Notes: generated by a model not told the origin, from the letters alone. 64,000 nt of DNA from Azolla caroliniana (GCA_043228905.1 JBHGNT010000004.1:20708001-20772000); one strand, 5' to 3'; counted from the stretch's first letter, positions 26,119 through 39,300 are shown. Numbers and translations are program-made.

Positions 26119-27189
26119 CTCTCTGCACTTCACAAGCTCATGGATGTAATGCGCACTTGTACAATAGAAACCTAAGGAATAGTTATATCTAAAATTTGAA
26201 TTTTGCTGCCTTTTTCAAATATAAAAAAACTTCATCCACCTATTTCTTTTTGTATTGGCAACCATGCTAAGGATGCTAACTCGAAGGCACAAAAAAGGGA
26301 ATAAATGTTGCATATAATTGCTCAAATAGCAGAAATAACTGCTCAAGAATGGGTCGTCCAAACACATACCCATGAGCAATGAAAAATTAGGGGCTTTTAC
26401 AAATGAAGTTGCTGTAAGTTTAGGGGCTTTTACATAAAACGAGACAAACTTAATTCTCTGAGAGAAGATATGGAGAAATAACTGCTCGGGAATGGGTTGG
26501 CCAGGAGCATACCCCCCTATGTTATCTGCTAGGTTCATCGAAATGATGATGGGATGAAAAACCTACACATATAAAGTAAGATTAAACGAGACAAAATTAA
26601 ACCTCTGCGACAAGATATGGCAAGCCATCATTTGAGTTTCTCAGAACATACAGGAAAACCTGAGAAAGGGTAGCTTCTCCTTGAAGAATCGGAAATCAGT
26701 CTGAAAGTACATGGCATGACGTTCGATCAAATAAGAATGAAGAAAGTTTTAAAAAATGCGATCACAGATGATTATCTGAGACAACTATACACCCACATAT
26801 GCACAGAATAAATAGGAGAGACGCCGCAGCAACTAAGGGGAGCCATGAAAGTAGAATTCGTTATGATTTGGTTGAGTATTTCTCCAGTTTACACAGAAAA
26901 AATTAAGGTAAAACAACGTCTTTAAGGGAAACCACGGCATCTAAATTTCTCAGGAGCTATTCTGAGTACTTAAATGAATAGAGTGGGTTTCAAGAAGAAG
27001 AAGAAGGCATGGACCTCCTTTGGCCTCAACGTTCTCTGCGAAGACATCTCCCCGGAAAACAAGACGATGGAGCCTGACTATCCCTGCGCTTACTGCTGAA
27101 GCTTCAAAGCTCTGTGTCTAATAGAAACAGGGGCTAATGCATGGAAGAGAACAGCGGCTCCCTCTGAAGCTCGATCGGAGAAAAAAGAA

Positions 27190-27575
27190 GGTTAGGGTTA
27201 GGGTTGAAAGAGGGGGGGGGGGGGGGGGGGGGAGATACTTACCGGGCATTTCTTCTTCGTATTTTTTCTCCTGCGCAGTGGCGAGCTATGGCGGCTCTGT
27301 TTCTCCTCCTTCCTATTGATTCACTCTTTCTCTGCTTCGTCTCTTTTCGCTCCTCTCTGCTTGAGAGAGAAATTGCAACGGGCAAAGAACAGAAGAGAAG
27401 AGAAAAAGGCTGTTTATAATCAATTCTCTCTCTTTGTACTCTCTTTCTTTATAACCCTACTTACTGCTTATCTCTTTGCCTCTTTATAATCTCTTTCTTC
27501 ATAACCCTAATTACTGCGGATCTCTTTCCTCTTTATGATCTCTTTCTTCATAACCCTAATTACTGCTGCTATTCT
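27190..27575. promoter_or_regulatory. FLX-like 5' region with telo-box-like motifs, a G21 run and 50-bp repeats
   Basis: GGTTAGGGTTAGGGTT at ~27190, G21 at 27212-27232, and three ~50-bp units each containing ATAACCCTA(A/C) at ~27451, 27501, 27550. Confidence 0.55.
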
Positions 27576-27624
27576 CTCTTGTCCACCTCTTCTAAGCTTC
27601 TAGGCATAATTAGCTATCTATCTA

Positions 27625-28200
27625 TACATACATATATCCAATGGCCTGAAAATATCGTTGGTGGATGCCTCGACAATCTCATATTACGAGACTTTTTGGC
27701 TACATACATACATATATCCGATGGCCTAAAAAGATTGTTGGTGGATGCCTCGACAATCTCATATTAAAAGACTTTTTGGCTCTTTCTCATATAGATATGA
27801 TTTCGTTCAAGCTATGGCACTCCTCCCCCCCCCTAACACTACAGCTTTCTAACCTTCTACAAGTTCTTACTCTTCTTAGCATTATCTAACACTAACACAA
27901 TCTACATGCGGCGAGTGCAAAAAGAAAAACTAATTTATCTCCTCATACATATCCTTGTCTTCTCTTTACTTTTCCCTTACATGGGAAATAAGGACAAAGC
28001 AATCTGAAATGTTGGTATCTCCCCTCTTAGATCCAACTCCAAATTGCTTAAGTGCCCAAATAAGAAGCCATATGGTCTTTATTGCTTTTTACTTCTTAAG
28101 TTAGGAAGGCCCTATTTTCTTGCAAATTGCTCAAAGTGCCCAAAGAAGAAGCCACATGGTCTATATTGCTTTTTATTTCTTAAGTTCGAAAGTTCCTATT
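27625..28200. repeat. Two short tandem duplications (80-bp and ~83-bp units) between the FLX-like gene and MED7
   Basis: TACATACATATATCC..GTGGATGCCTCGACAATCTC at 27625 and 27705. AAATTGCT.AAGTGCCCAAA.AAGAAGCCA at 28041 and 28124. Confidence 0.85.
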
Positions 28201-29363
28201 TTCTTTTCGTTTTACTTTGAAGTTTTGTGTGTGTGTGTGTGATACTTGGAAGATTTATGCTCCAAATGCAATCCAAAGACTTCTTGTAGGATGTTAGTGC
28301 CAGCAAAATTACATCACCCCCTCAAATCCAAGTAGAAATCAATACAAAGCTTGTTGAAGACAGATTTTAGGAAAAATCAATGTGCAATGCAATCTTTCAT
28401 AATACAAAGGTCTCTATGTTTTAAAACTTAGTATAAATCAATTGATCAATTAAATTGTGTCATAAAGAATTCATTTTATTACAAACCATCAGAAAATGTG
28501 CATATTATCATCATAATATAATAAAGCTGGGCCATTAGAGCTTGTGAAAACTTGTCACATAAAGTTTCGCCATTCAATACAGTGCCCTTTAGAAATCCTG
28601 GCACTTGCCAGATTTTATATAGATTGAAGCGCATCCTTTTCCTACAATACTTTATTTTGCATTGGCCCTATGAGCACACATTCCAATGCTACGATAATGT
28701 GCTTTTGTTTTACCAACTGTTGAGAAAGAATGAACATCATACCCAATAGCACCAAAGTAAAACCAATGGGGGAATATGGAACCATTTATAAGTATGATCA
28801 ATTGTCATCAAATGCTATATTAAACGTTATATCCATCATGCCATAGTTCACTAACAAATTCTATATGTATGCACACTGCAGATCAAATCGTGATTGGTTG
28901 AAACATCAAATATATCCCACCCAGTTGGCCATCTAGTTAGCTTTACAGATGCCCGCTCACTTCAAATCTTCTTTATGATCTACGATCCTGAGTGCCCTTC
29001 TGTTATTTGCAGTACTGAGATAACCAGTAATATCCCAGCAGGTCTCATGTCTTAAGTAAATTTGAAAAAGAAATACACCACTTCCTTTTCTCTAAAGGGA
29101 ATGAACTTCTCCAATTCCAACCCATTTCAAATTGTTGTACAATATCCCCTCGTTTGCATTGCAGCTTCCAAAGCAATTTCCAAGCTGGATGTGGAAGTTT
29201 TCTGCAGTATTTTCTTGTCCAGAAGAAGAGGTTGAATGATTTTTCCAGACTTCTGCAAGATATGAAGGGAGAGTTCACTTATGGCAAGCTTTAGTGCCAT
29301 CTCTGAATTAGAAATGCAGAATAAGCTATCAACTAACAATCACCTTCTCGTGTTGACTCTAGC

Positions 29364-30747
29364 TTAAGTTTCTAGATAAGCTAATGACTCCTTCAATACA
29401 GTCAAAGCTTCCTCCCTCCTCCTACAAAGATATACTGCTTTAAGATATAGAAAAGCATATAAAGAAAGTCGCGACAGTAGATACAAAATGTAAGAGAAAA
29501 CACCTCTTTATATCTTCGATTGCTTGCTTTCTCCTTTGTATTTGCATCTCCAGGATATGGATTAGTGTTGCCCTTGCCTAAAAGATAGGCTCACATTCAG
29601 CCAACATGTATCATGTATGTCTCAAATCTGGGTGTCAACAATAATATATTCATCCAGCCACGTAACAAACAAAAATATTATTTCTTCTATATGTTTCAAA
29701 TCTAGACATTGTCAACGACACATTCATCCAACTACAAACATTCACGTGCACTCGTAAATTACCTGATGCGGCCTTATTGAATTTAGAAGATGATGTATGT
29801 TACGTAAAATGAGAGAGATGTCCTCCACCCTTCTTGCATATTGCGATGGTCTCTCTACCAACACATCAGCTAGTTCCAGCACTTGAAACATCAATTCTCT
29901 GTTCAGTGATTTCAACTCTTTCTTATAGTCTGCAAAGACGCATATTATGCATTATAACTTTCCCCACAATTAGAGCCCATTATAACTTTTTCAAACTTCA
30001 CACATTTAATTACTTTTAAAACCTCAAACATTTTTCTTGTTCCCTTTCTGGTTGGACCATTTCTTCAACAAGTTCAGAAAAATACTCACCGATGTTAGGC
30101 CCTTTGGGATACAATTGGCGCAGTCCTTGCTCCTCTAAGCTTGGAAGCAGGTCATTTGTCTAAAAGACAAAAGAATTTTCGGATTAACGACTGGTTCATC
30201 AAAGCACAACATGAAGAAGGAAAATGAAGCAGCAAATGGATTAACGACTGGTTCATCAAAGCACAACATGAAGAAGGAAAATGAAGCAGCAAATGGACGT
30301 GGAAGTTATATGAAGAAATGAAGTGGAAAGAGGAAAGCAGGAAATGATACAGAATATAAAACAAGGAAGAGTAAGCAGAAAAGAAAAGAGGAAAAGAAAA
30401 CAAGGAAAGCGAAGAAGGAACAAACAGAATTAAGATAGGAGAAACTGACACAGGAAGAGAAAACAGGAATGTAATCAGAATTAGAAACAGATGAATGAAA
30501 CAGAAAATTGTGCCAAACAATAAAAAAAAACAATGAATGAAGCAGAAACGGAAATAAGAAAAAGGAAAGGGTGAGAAAAGAAGTGAAGCTTTGAGAAAGA
30601 AGTACTTACAGTGTAGGTGGCCCCAAACATAGTATAAGTTCCATCGATGGGGGGTGGAGGAAGGGGAGCAGAGTCGGGATCATCTAAGAAGTCTTTGTAG
30701 TAGCCATAGAAAGGAGGAGGGGGAGGAAATGCAGAAGAAGTCGCCAT
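29364..30747 (-). CDS. MED7: Mediator of RNA polymerase II transcription subunit 7, 5 exons
   Basis: Exons 30747-30610, 30159-30090, 29929-29763, 29577-29504, 29421-29364. MATSSAFPPPPPFY..PLPPPPIDGTYTMFG, LPSLEEQGLRQLYPKG, DYKKELKSLNREL, NIHHLLNSIRPHQARATLIHILEMQIQRR is the MED7 signature. A 5' UTR donor is likely near 31174. Confidence 0.95.
30181..30297. repeat. 57-bp tandem duplication in MED7 intron 1
   Basis: GGATTAACGACTGGTTCATCAAAGCAC.. at 30181 and 30238. Confidence 0.9.
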
Positions 30748-31234
30748 AGCTCAGATTTTTCCCCTGGGCATTCACGTTTCTCTTTAAAAGTTGTTATTTT
30801 TATTGCATGAATGGACATACATTTAGTAAAACACCGTCACATCTAAACTAATCATCCAAAAGACAGACGTGTACAGAAACAAATAAACTAATCATCTAAA
30901 AGACACCGTAGCATCTGAATTTGCAAAAGCTACTCTGCATAAACAGAATCAGAGACTTCTCTTTTCGAATAAAAGAAGAAGAAGAAGACATGGATCTCCT
31001 TTAAGCATCTATATCGACAACTTTGTTCTTTCAAGAAAAATTGGGGATCTAAACAAGGAGGATAAAGAAGCCATCGCTGCAGCTACAGCTGAGCTTTTGG
31101 GAGTCTTTCCGATCAAGACAGAATGCGAAAAATGAGTTAGGGTTTTTGAATGGAGGGAAAAGGTGGATTCTTACTTGGATTAGCTTCTTCCGCTTCTGCT
31201 GCTGCAGTGATTCTGTGATGGTGAAGTGTGGCGA

Positions 31235-32610
31235 GCTCTGTTTCTCTCCGTCAAGGTGAAGACGAAGAAGAAGAAGAAGAAAAGACAGAAAGAAGAACAG
31301 AACAAAATTTGCTCCGTTTCTCTCCGTCAAGGTGAAGAAGAAGAAGGAGTAAGAAGAAGAGATAAACAGAACAAAATTTGCTCTGTTTCTTTCTCTCTCC
31401 CGTCCGGCGTGAAGGTGAAGAAGAAACAAATTGTACATAAATGATAAAAGGCAAAAATAGAACAAATTTTCTGTTGTGTCCACAAGAGCTACTCTTCTCT
31501 ATTATGGGCAATGGGCACCCAATTACATTACAACATACCAACACCAACACCCAAAAAGAACAAACCCGCGCTAACTTGCCTTTAGCCGCCTCCATACCCT
31601 CCAGAGATTGTGTGTTTTAGCAGTCCCTTCTCGATTGCGTGACTTCTTTTATTTATTTATGGACGAACCGCCATTTCTCTTTCCAGTGACTCTTGCTTTG
31701 TTTTATGTCTTGAGAGTAAATCCAGAACTGCTTATGTTGTGATTTGAACCCCGTAGCATCGGTTCGGATAGAATGATCGTTCACTGCTCAAAGAATCTCG
31801 GTTCTCGACGCTGCAAAGTCTATAAACATGGTCGATCAACACAAGTCGGCGATACATCCCATTTGGACAATGATCGTTCAATGCTCAAAGAAACTCGGTT
31901 CTCGACGCTTCAAAGTCTATAAACACGGTCGATTGACACAAGTTGGCAATACATTCCATTTGGTTTTGATATATATTTTTTGTCGTAGTTTGTGTGTGAT
32001 GCCCGTTGTCAACGGTATGGCAAAGCCCTTGGCTCACATTTGTGTTTCTTTATTTAGCGATTGAAGAAATCATTCAAATAGGTATCCACAAACTTGAATG
32101 GGCTCTCAAGTCATGGTAATGTGTGGGTTTGAAGGGCTACAATCTAGCACATCACTAGAGCATTTACTCTCGCGACATAATTTGGTGAACCCAAGGTGAA
32201 AGATCAACAAGGGAAGGTGATGATGACCAAGGAAGTTATCGTGAAGATGATGTCAAGGAGAATGGTTAGCAATTTGATCAGACACAATAGGACAATTCGA
32301 TTGGAACCGTTCTCCAATCTTGTGCAATAAAAATCAGGTATGTTGTCGTAATTCAATTGTTGTAGATTGGTTCATCGAATCTACGAGCTATGACCATCAC
32401 AATCGATCGAACTACATGTGGGTTTTGTCATATTTCCATTTGTTGTAGATTGGCTCATCGAATCTACGAGCTACGACCATCACGATCGATCGAAACACAA
32501 GTGTTTTTACATGTGGGTTTTTGTCAAACTTCCATTTGTTATAGATTGGCGCATCGAATCTACGAGCCGTGGCCACCACGATCGGTCAATCAATCGACCG
32601 AAGCACAAGT
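31235..32610. repeat. Three sets of short tandem repeats in the divergent MED7/PPR intergenic region
   Basis: ~70-76-bp units with TTTCTCTCCGTCAAGGTGAAG (31235-31430). ~97-bp units AATGATCGTTCA.TGCTCAAAGAA (31772, 31869). ~83-96-bp units TGTT.TAGATTGG..CATCGAATCTACGAGC (32358, 32441, 32537). Confidence 0.85.
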
Positions 32611-33348
32611 GTTTATTTTATTTTTTACATGTGGGTTTTGTGTGGGATTGATTGGAATGCTTATGGAAACAAGTACAAAGAAGAAGAACAACACATCATA
32701 AAGTTTGTAATTCTTTTGTCAAATTGGGAGCAGAGGCCATGGCCATGGGACCTCAATTCTTTATAGATAAAGCTCATCTCATCTCAGGTAAACACACTCC
32801 TCCCCACCCAAAACTATAAAACAGAGATAGCAACTCTGTTTCCATAGCTCACCTCAGGGAGATGGAGTTGGAGATGGAGATGGAGATGGTGATGAAATTG
32901 AAGAAGCAAAGTTAAAACATAACATCTCCCCTTCCCCCCTCCAATTTCAAAACCATGATTGTCTAGCATGTTCCTCAAAATGATTGTGTAGCATGTTGTC
33001 CTACAAAATGCCATTTCTTCCATGCTGTTATTCGATAAGAGTCCCATAGCTTCTGCACTAGCTCCAGCGATGGTCTTGTCGTTGTCGCCTTGTTTACCTT
33101 GACGTGTCTCTGCCAGACTAGAAGGTCGTGCTCATGGATGCTCAAAGGAAATTGGCGTCTTCTTCTTCTTCTTGAAAAGCGAGGCCCTGCATCTATCGAC
33201 CTAGAATAGCTCCTGAAAAAAGTCTACAAGGATACAGGGGCCAAAATAATATAAATTATGTAGCCAGGAGATTTTTGAAACAATTTTTCTTTTATAGAAG
33301 TGGGGGACATAGTGGCTATTTGGATAGACCCTCTTCTATCCTGCTGGC

Positions 33349-36300
33349 ATGCTGTGCGTAACCCTCCTCAAGGTGCAATTGCCTTCATGTCTTCAAAGTC
33401 AGGCACAAGTCAATGGAACGAAGAAGAAGAAGAAGCACTTGGTAGATTATGATCTCAAGGGGCTTCATCTAAAGACATCTTCTTCTTCCATTGAAATAGT
33501 CTATGGTGAGGATAACCATATGAGTGATCAGGGCCTTTACCTTAAGCTTCCATCTTCCATTAAAATAGACCATGGAAAGGATCACAATCACAAAGTTAAG
33601 GATTGTGATGAAAAGGTCTTTCATCTCAAGGTACCATCTCGCTCTTTGCAAATAGTGCATCGAAAGGATGACAACCACAAATTTAATGATTATGACAAAA
33701 AGGGCAAAGTATCATCTTTTATTAAAACGGTACATGGAAAGAACTACAAAGTTGGTTATGTGAAGGGTATTGACCTCAAGGTACCATCCTCTTCTATTGA
33801 AATAGTTCGTGGAAAGGAGAAGCTCAGTGTTGATTATGATGATAAAGGACTTCTCCGCAAGGTTAAATCTTCAATAACAATGCTGTATGGAAAGGATAAT
33901 AATAACAACAATCATATTGTAGATTATGATAAGGGACTTCATCTTGGACACCCACCTCCCTTTGTTCCGGCTATTAAACACATGCCAAAACGGCTCCAGA
34001 AGCTCGTGAATAGGAAGAAATCGTCCCAGCATGACTGGGATATTAGTGAAATTGTGCAGATAATCCTTGCCATGGACAAGAGAGGCGACATTGGTGGAAT
34101 TCTCGATCACTGGACAGGTAGATTCAACAGAAAAAACTTCCCAGTTCTCATAAAGGTAATCTTACTTACTTTATTTTCCTATTTCTGTGATGGGTATGAG
34201 TATTTGGGATTTTTTTCTTTGTTAATCAGCCAAATTTCCTTTTCATTCATGAACCAATAGTAACTAACGAGAAATTTCTCAGAATGCAGTAGGAAATTAA
34301 TATTTTATTGCTTGATTAACTTCCTTTCATACATGAAGTAATAAGATGTCACGAAAAACAACAAATTGTTTCCTGAATTGGGGAATATTCTGACAAATGA
34401 TGGCCATCGCATTAGTTAGATACAATATTCTAAGCATCCCACTTTTTACAAGTGCATCTTCTATCTCTTCTGCATTGGACTGTTACAGTGATACACTAGT
34501 TACCGAATTTTTTTGATCCCTCCAAATGAGAGCATTTCTGAAGTGAATTGGGTCACCTCAAACACCAGGCCCTGATTATTATTAAATTTTAATTATTAAA
34601 ATTTTGATTTGTTTTCCCCCACATTTATGTTTGTGTGTCAGTAATCTAGAGAAAAAAACTGCAATTTCAGTGTCAGAACTAGAAAATTTTCAGTGGAGGT
34701 TACTAAAATTTATTTTTGAGCAGGAAATCACTAAAACAGGAGCCTTAGAGCATAGCAGTCAAGTTTTCAATTGGATGAAGAATCAAGAGCTCTATAGAGC
34801 TCGGTCTGATATCTACAACGACATGATTTGCTTGTGCGTTCGACATGATAGACTAGAACTTGCTCGTGCATTGTTCAAGGAGATGCAAAAGTGGAGGTTC
34901 TCTTTCTTTCCTTGTGATTGAAATGCTTCCAAAAGTATCTATACTTTTGAATTTATTCTAGATATATATAGCTATTGACCCAGATTTCTAACTTGCACCC
35001 ATTATGTTCAGATGTAAACCTGATGCTGTATCATATAATGCGCTAATCAATGCACATGGTCGAGCTCGCCAGTTGGACCTGGCAAATGAGATGTTTGATG
35101 AGATGCTACAAGCTGGGGTACAATGCAATTAAGGCATGCAAATTTTGGTCTGTGTCATAGTTCTTTTGAGGTTTGAGACCAAAGTTTTCTAACGAGGGAA
35201 TGATTGTAGTCCCTATCTAGTATATTTTAAGAATAATAGAAACCAATGGTTAACAACAAATCTTCTATACATGGCTGCTTTCGGCACAAGACTTGAGTTT
35301 CTTGATGTTATTTATTGATCATTCACTATAATACCTCGTTCTATCATCATTATGGTACGTGGGTTAAACCAAACTTCATGTTCATTATTTTTCAGGTTCC
35401 TCCAACTCGGCAATCTTACAACAATTTACTTAGTGCATATGGGAGTACTGGAGACTGGAAGCAGGTTTTGAAGATCTGTAAGAAGATGATGGATAATGGT
35501 GTCGGACCTGATATTGTGACACACAATATCATCATGTCCGCACTAAAAAATGGAGGTGAACATGAGAAAGCTATTTCCTATTTTAATGACATGGAGGCCA
35601 GAAACTTCCCAATGGATAGGTACACATATAACATTCTCATAAAATGTTTATCTCAAGCAGAGCAATATAGTAAAGCTATAGGAATTTTTTTCAATATGCG
35701 GAATTCAGAGCTCCATAACCGCAAGCCAGATTTAGTGACATTTAATACGGTTATGCATGTATATGGAGCATGTGGAAGGTTTTCAGATGCAAAGTCTACA
35801 TTTGAGATGTTACTTGCTGAAGGCTTTGTTCCCGATCTTGTTTCGTATAACACATTGATTGGTGTGTATAGCTCTGCTGGTTTGCATGATGAAGCAATGA
35901 AATTTTTTAGTTTAATGAAGGACGCCGGCCATAGACCCAATATTATTACATACACATCACTGATCAATGCCTATGGAAAATCTGGACAACCAGAGAAAGC
36001 TGAAGAAATATTTGAAATGGTTGGAAGAAAGAACCTGAAGCTCGGTGTGGTTGTGTATAATGCATTGATCAACGCATATAGTGTAGCAGGAAAGCTGGAT
36101 GATGCATTCCGTATTTTCAATGAGATGAAGAGCAAGATGATTCGCCCGAACTGTGTTACGATTTGCAGTCTTCTCACTGCATGTAGGAGTGGGAGGCACA
36201 TTGACAAGATGCACAGCATACTTTTGGAAGCCGCAACTCAAAATATTGAATTGAATACTGCAATTTGCAATTCTTCATTAACAGTTTTAATTGAAGGAGG

Positions 36301-39300
36301 TGCATATGATGTTGCGAAAGACCTTTATATGAGTATGCAAGCAGAAAAGATTTCTCCTGATGAAATAACATATGGGTTGCTAATAAGAATATCAGGAGCA
36401 TTGGGAGATCATCAGCAAGCACGGGAATATTTTGATGAGATGTCTTCTAGAGCACATGGATTATCTGTTGAAGCCACTTCTGTAATGATTGATATCTATG
36501 CAAAGAAGGTATGGGTCGTAAGAAATCCCGAGCTATGTACCATTTATCAAATTAGTGAGATATAATTCTATTGCATTTTTTATTTACATAGGGTATGCAT
36601 GTGGAAGCACAGATGGTGTTTGATAACATGAAGACACTTGGCCATCGACCAAATGTGATCACTTATACATCTTTACTCTATGCTTATGGTGCAAAAGGTA
36701 ATCTTGATTCAACCAAATATTGCATTTAATATTTATGCTTTTTCAGTCTTATAATTTTTGTTTTGAAGACATGTTTAGCAAATTATCAGTAGAATGAAAG
36801 GTCTCTGCTCTTTGAAAGCTTTGTTAATAGTTTTCTTTCAAACACAGACTACGCTCAAAGTTATTTTGATTTTGCCTTTTATTTATTTGTTTAGACACTC
36901 TTTATCTATTATCATGATATATCATTTAAAACGAAGCATGCTATTATGCCACCTTAAAGATTTGAACCAGGGATAAACTGTTCTCAGGTTACTTTCACAC
37001 ATAAAATTTTTGGTCTTCGATTTGTAGAAAGTATAATTCTCTCTTCATGAAGATGTGCTAGCAGGACATGTCTAGGGTTTAACTTTTGTGCTTAATTTAT
37101 ACCTGTTTGGATTTCCTTATTCTGAAAAAAGACAGGTTTTGATATTGGGTTTATACAATATTAGTTCTGCGCGCTCTTTGTATAATTCAGTTTGGCCTAT
37201 TGCAGGATTATTGGAAGAAACAAACAAGATTTTTGAGGGAATGCTAAAAGAGGGAATTATGCCAGATGTCATAGCATACACTGCTCTACTGTCTTCTCTT
37301 AACAGGAATGGCCATCCAGATAAAGCTTTCGAGGTTGCTGACAGGATGTTGCAGAATGATATTTGTTTCAATGACGTGACATATATGGAGTTGTTAATTT
37401 CTTGCAGCAAGTAAGCTCCTTAAAGCATTCATATCCTATGATCAAAATGGAGAAGATATTATCACATTAAATAATACTTTCAACAGGTTCTTCTGTAAGC
37501 AAGCTATCACATTTTGGTACAAGTATTTGTATAAATTCACAGGCCCAAATTCCAAGAATAGATCTTAGCTGTTGTAGTTGCACACATTGCTTTTTATGGC
37601 AAATAGACTTCTAACAAAGTTTTTGTACAGCATATAAAAAGTTCTGTTTTCTGGAACAGAAAATTTCAAGAAATCTATTTTAAATATACAAAGTGCTAGT
37701 ATAATGTCATAAGCTGCACTTCAAAATGTATAGGTTGTGGATTCAAGCCGCAAAAATGTTCACATGTTTGAGACATCATTAAGGTTGTAGATTCCATAAA
37801 CACCTAGGAATTCTTCTCTCCATTCCTCTAGGAGGGTGATCTTCAGCATTCCCCTGATCTAGGAAATTGAGGGAAGGATTCTTAATCATTAAGTTCACTA
37901 GGCAGAAAAAAACCAACAAGTAATTGGGTTCTTCTCTTTCTATTTTTGCAAATTCTTACAGCTTACATGTCTCTTCTGTTGGACAGACTCAGAGATTGGA
38001 AGAGAGCTTTAATCTTCTTTCAGGAAATGCAAAGTGCAAGGATCATTGTAACACATGGGATGGCACAACATTTGCTTCTTTCTATTGGGAAGAGTGGAAA
38101 ACTTGAAGAACTGCTTAAGGTAATGTGCTATGATATCTAAATTCACTCCCTAGCAATAAAGTTGAATTACAGGGATTGACAATGGGTACTATGAGTTAAG
38201 CATGTTCTTTATCTTCATGAGTTTGTTCACATGTGCATATATAGAATGGCTGCATATGTAGTTATAAATACATGCTGTGTACATACATGTTTATGCATGC
38301 ATATACACGCTGTGTAAGTAGAATGCATATATTGCTCCTTGTACAAGTGATAGAGAGGGGCACAATCTGTGCATACTATGCTTTTTTTTGCATGTCCTCT
38401 ACAGCACTACATATGTTTCCTTAAAAAATGAAGAGAGAGTAGAGGTTTCATCAGGAACATACAAGGCAGCCTCAAAGGGATGATAAAGAATAATTTCAAA
38501 TGCATGTAACAATTTTTTAATGATAAATAAACCAAGTGTTATCTCCATCTGCACAATTCCCTATTTATATTACTTATTAAAACTGTCTTTTTTATCAAGA
38601 TATATCTATTGGATTTAGTTCAAAGTTTCAGTGCCCAGATGGTAGCGACATGTCATACGGCATTAATATATATACAAAGTACTTATCGATGTACACTATT
38701 AAGGGTTTAGAAAACTGGTAACCTTTTGAACTTTATAGGTGTACTATTTGTAGGTATTCTACAAGCTAAAAGAAATGGGCTTGGAGCCAAAACCAGAGAC
38801 ATATGACACCCTACTTAGCTGCTTTGCGAGTGCTGGAAAATGGAAGAGATGTATCGAGGTTTGTTACAAAGTTGTTTATGTTGGATTATTATGCAGTGAT
38901 TCTTTTTATATTTCCTATACACGTTTCATTACATTTTGGTTTTTGATTTTGTAGATCTTAGGCTGGTTCAAAGCAGCCGACTTCAAACCCTCGTTTCAGA
39001 CATTCACTTGTGTTTTGTCATGTTTACAAGTGTCAGAGCAATGGAAGGAATATTCATTTTTATACAAGGAAATGATAGATCAAGGGTGGGTTCTTGACAA
39101 TACTGTATGTGTATCTTGGTAATTTACATGCATATTAATTTATAGTTTATATACAATAACGCACCCAAAAAAATGATACATCAAGGGTGGGTTCTTGACT
39201 CGTTTCTACTTGCATCTTGAGGATTTACAAATATGCATACACATACACAGATATGTATACACATATATATATGTATATGTAGTGTGCAAGCATTTAAATG

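Noticed and set aside
29045-29339. ORFs downstream of the MED7 stop as a second gene
   Set aside because: Short, no recognisable motif and located in the probable 3' UTR.
31772-32610. Repeat-spacer-like arrays resembling CRISPR
   Set aside because: Eukaryotic context, units are duplicated along their whole length without unique spacers, and there are no cas genes.
35653-37410. Minus-strand ORFs overlapping PPR exons
   Set aside because: Antisense shadows of a real coding sequence. The same applies to the antisense ORFs in the LINE and RBR genes.
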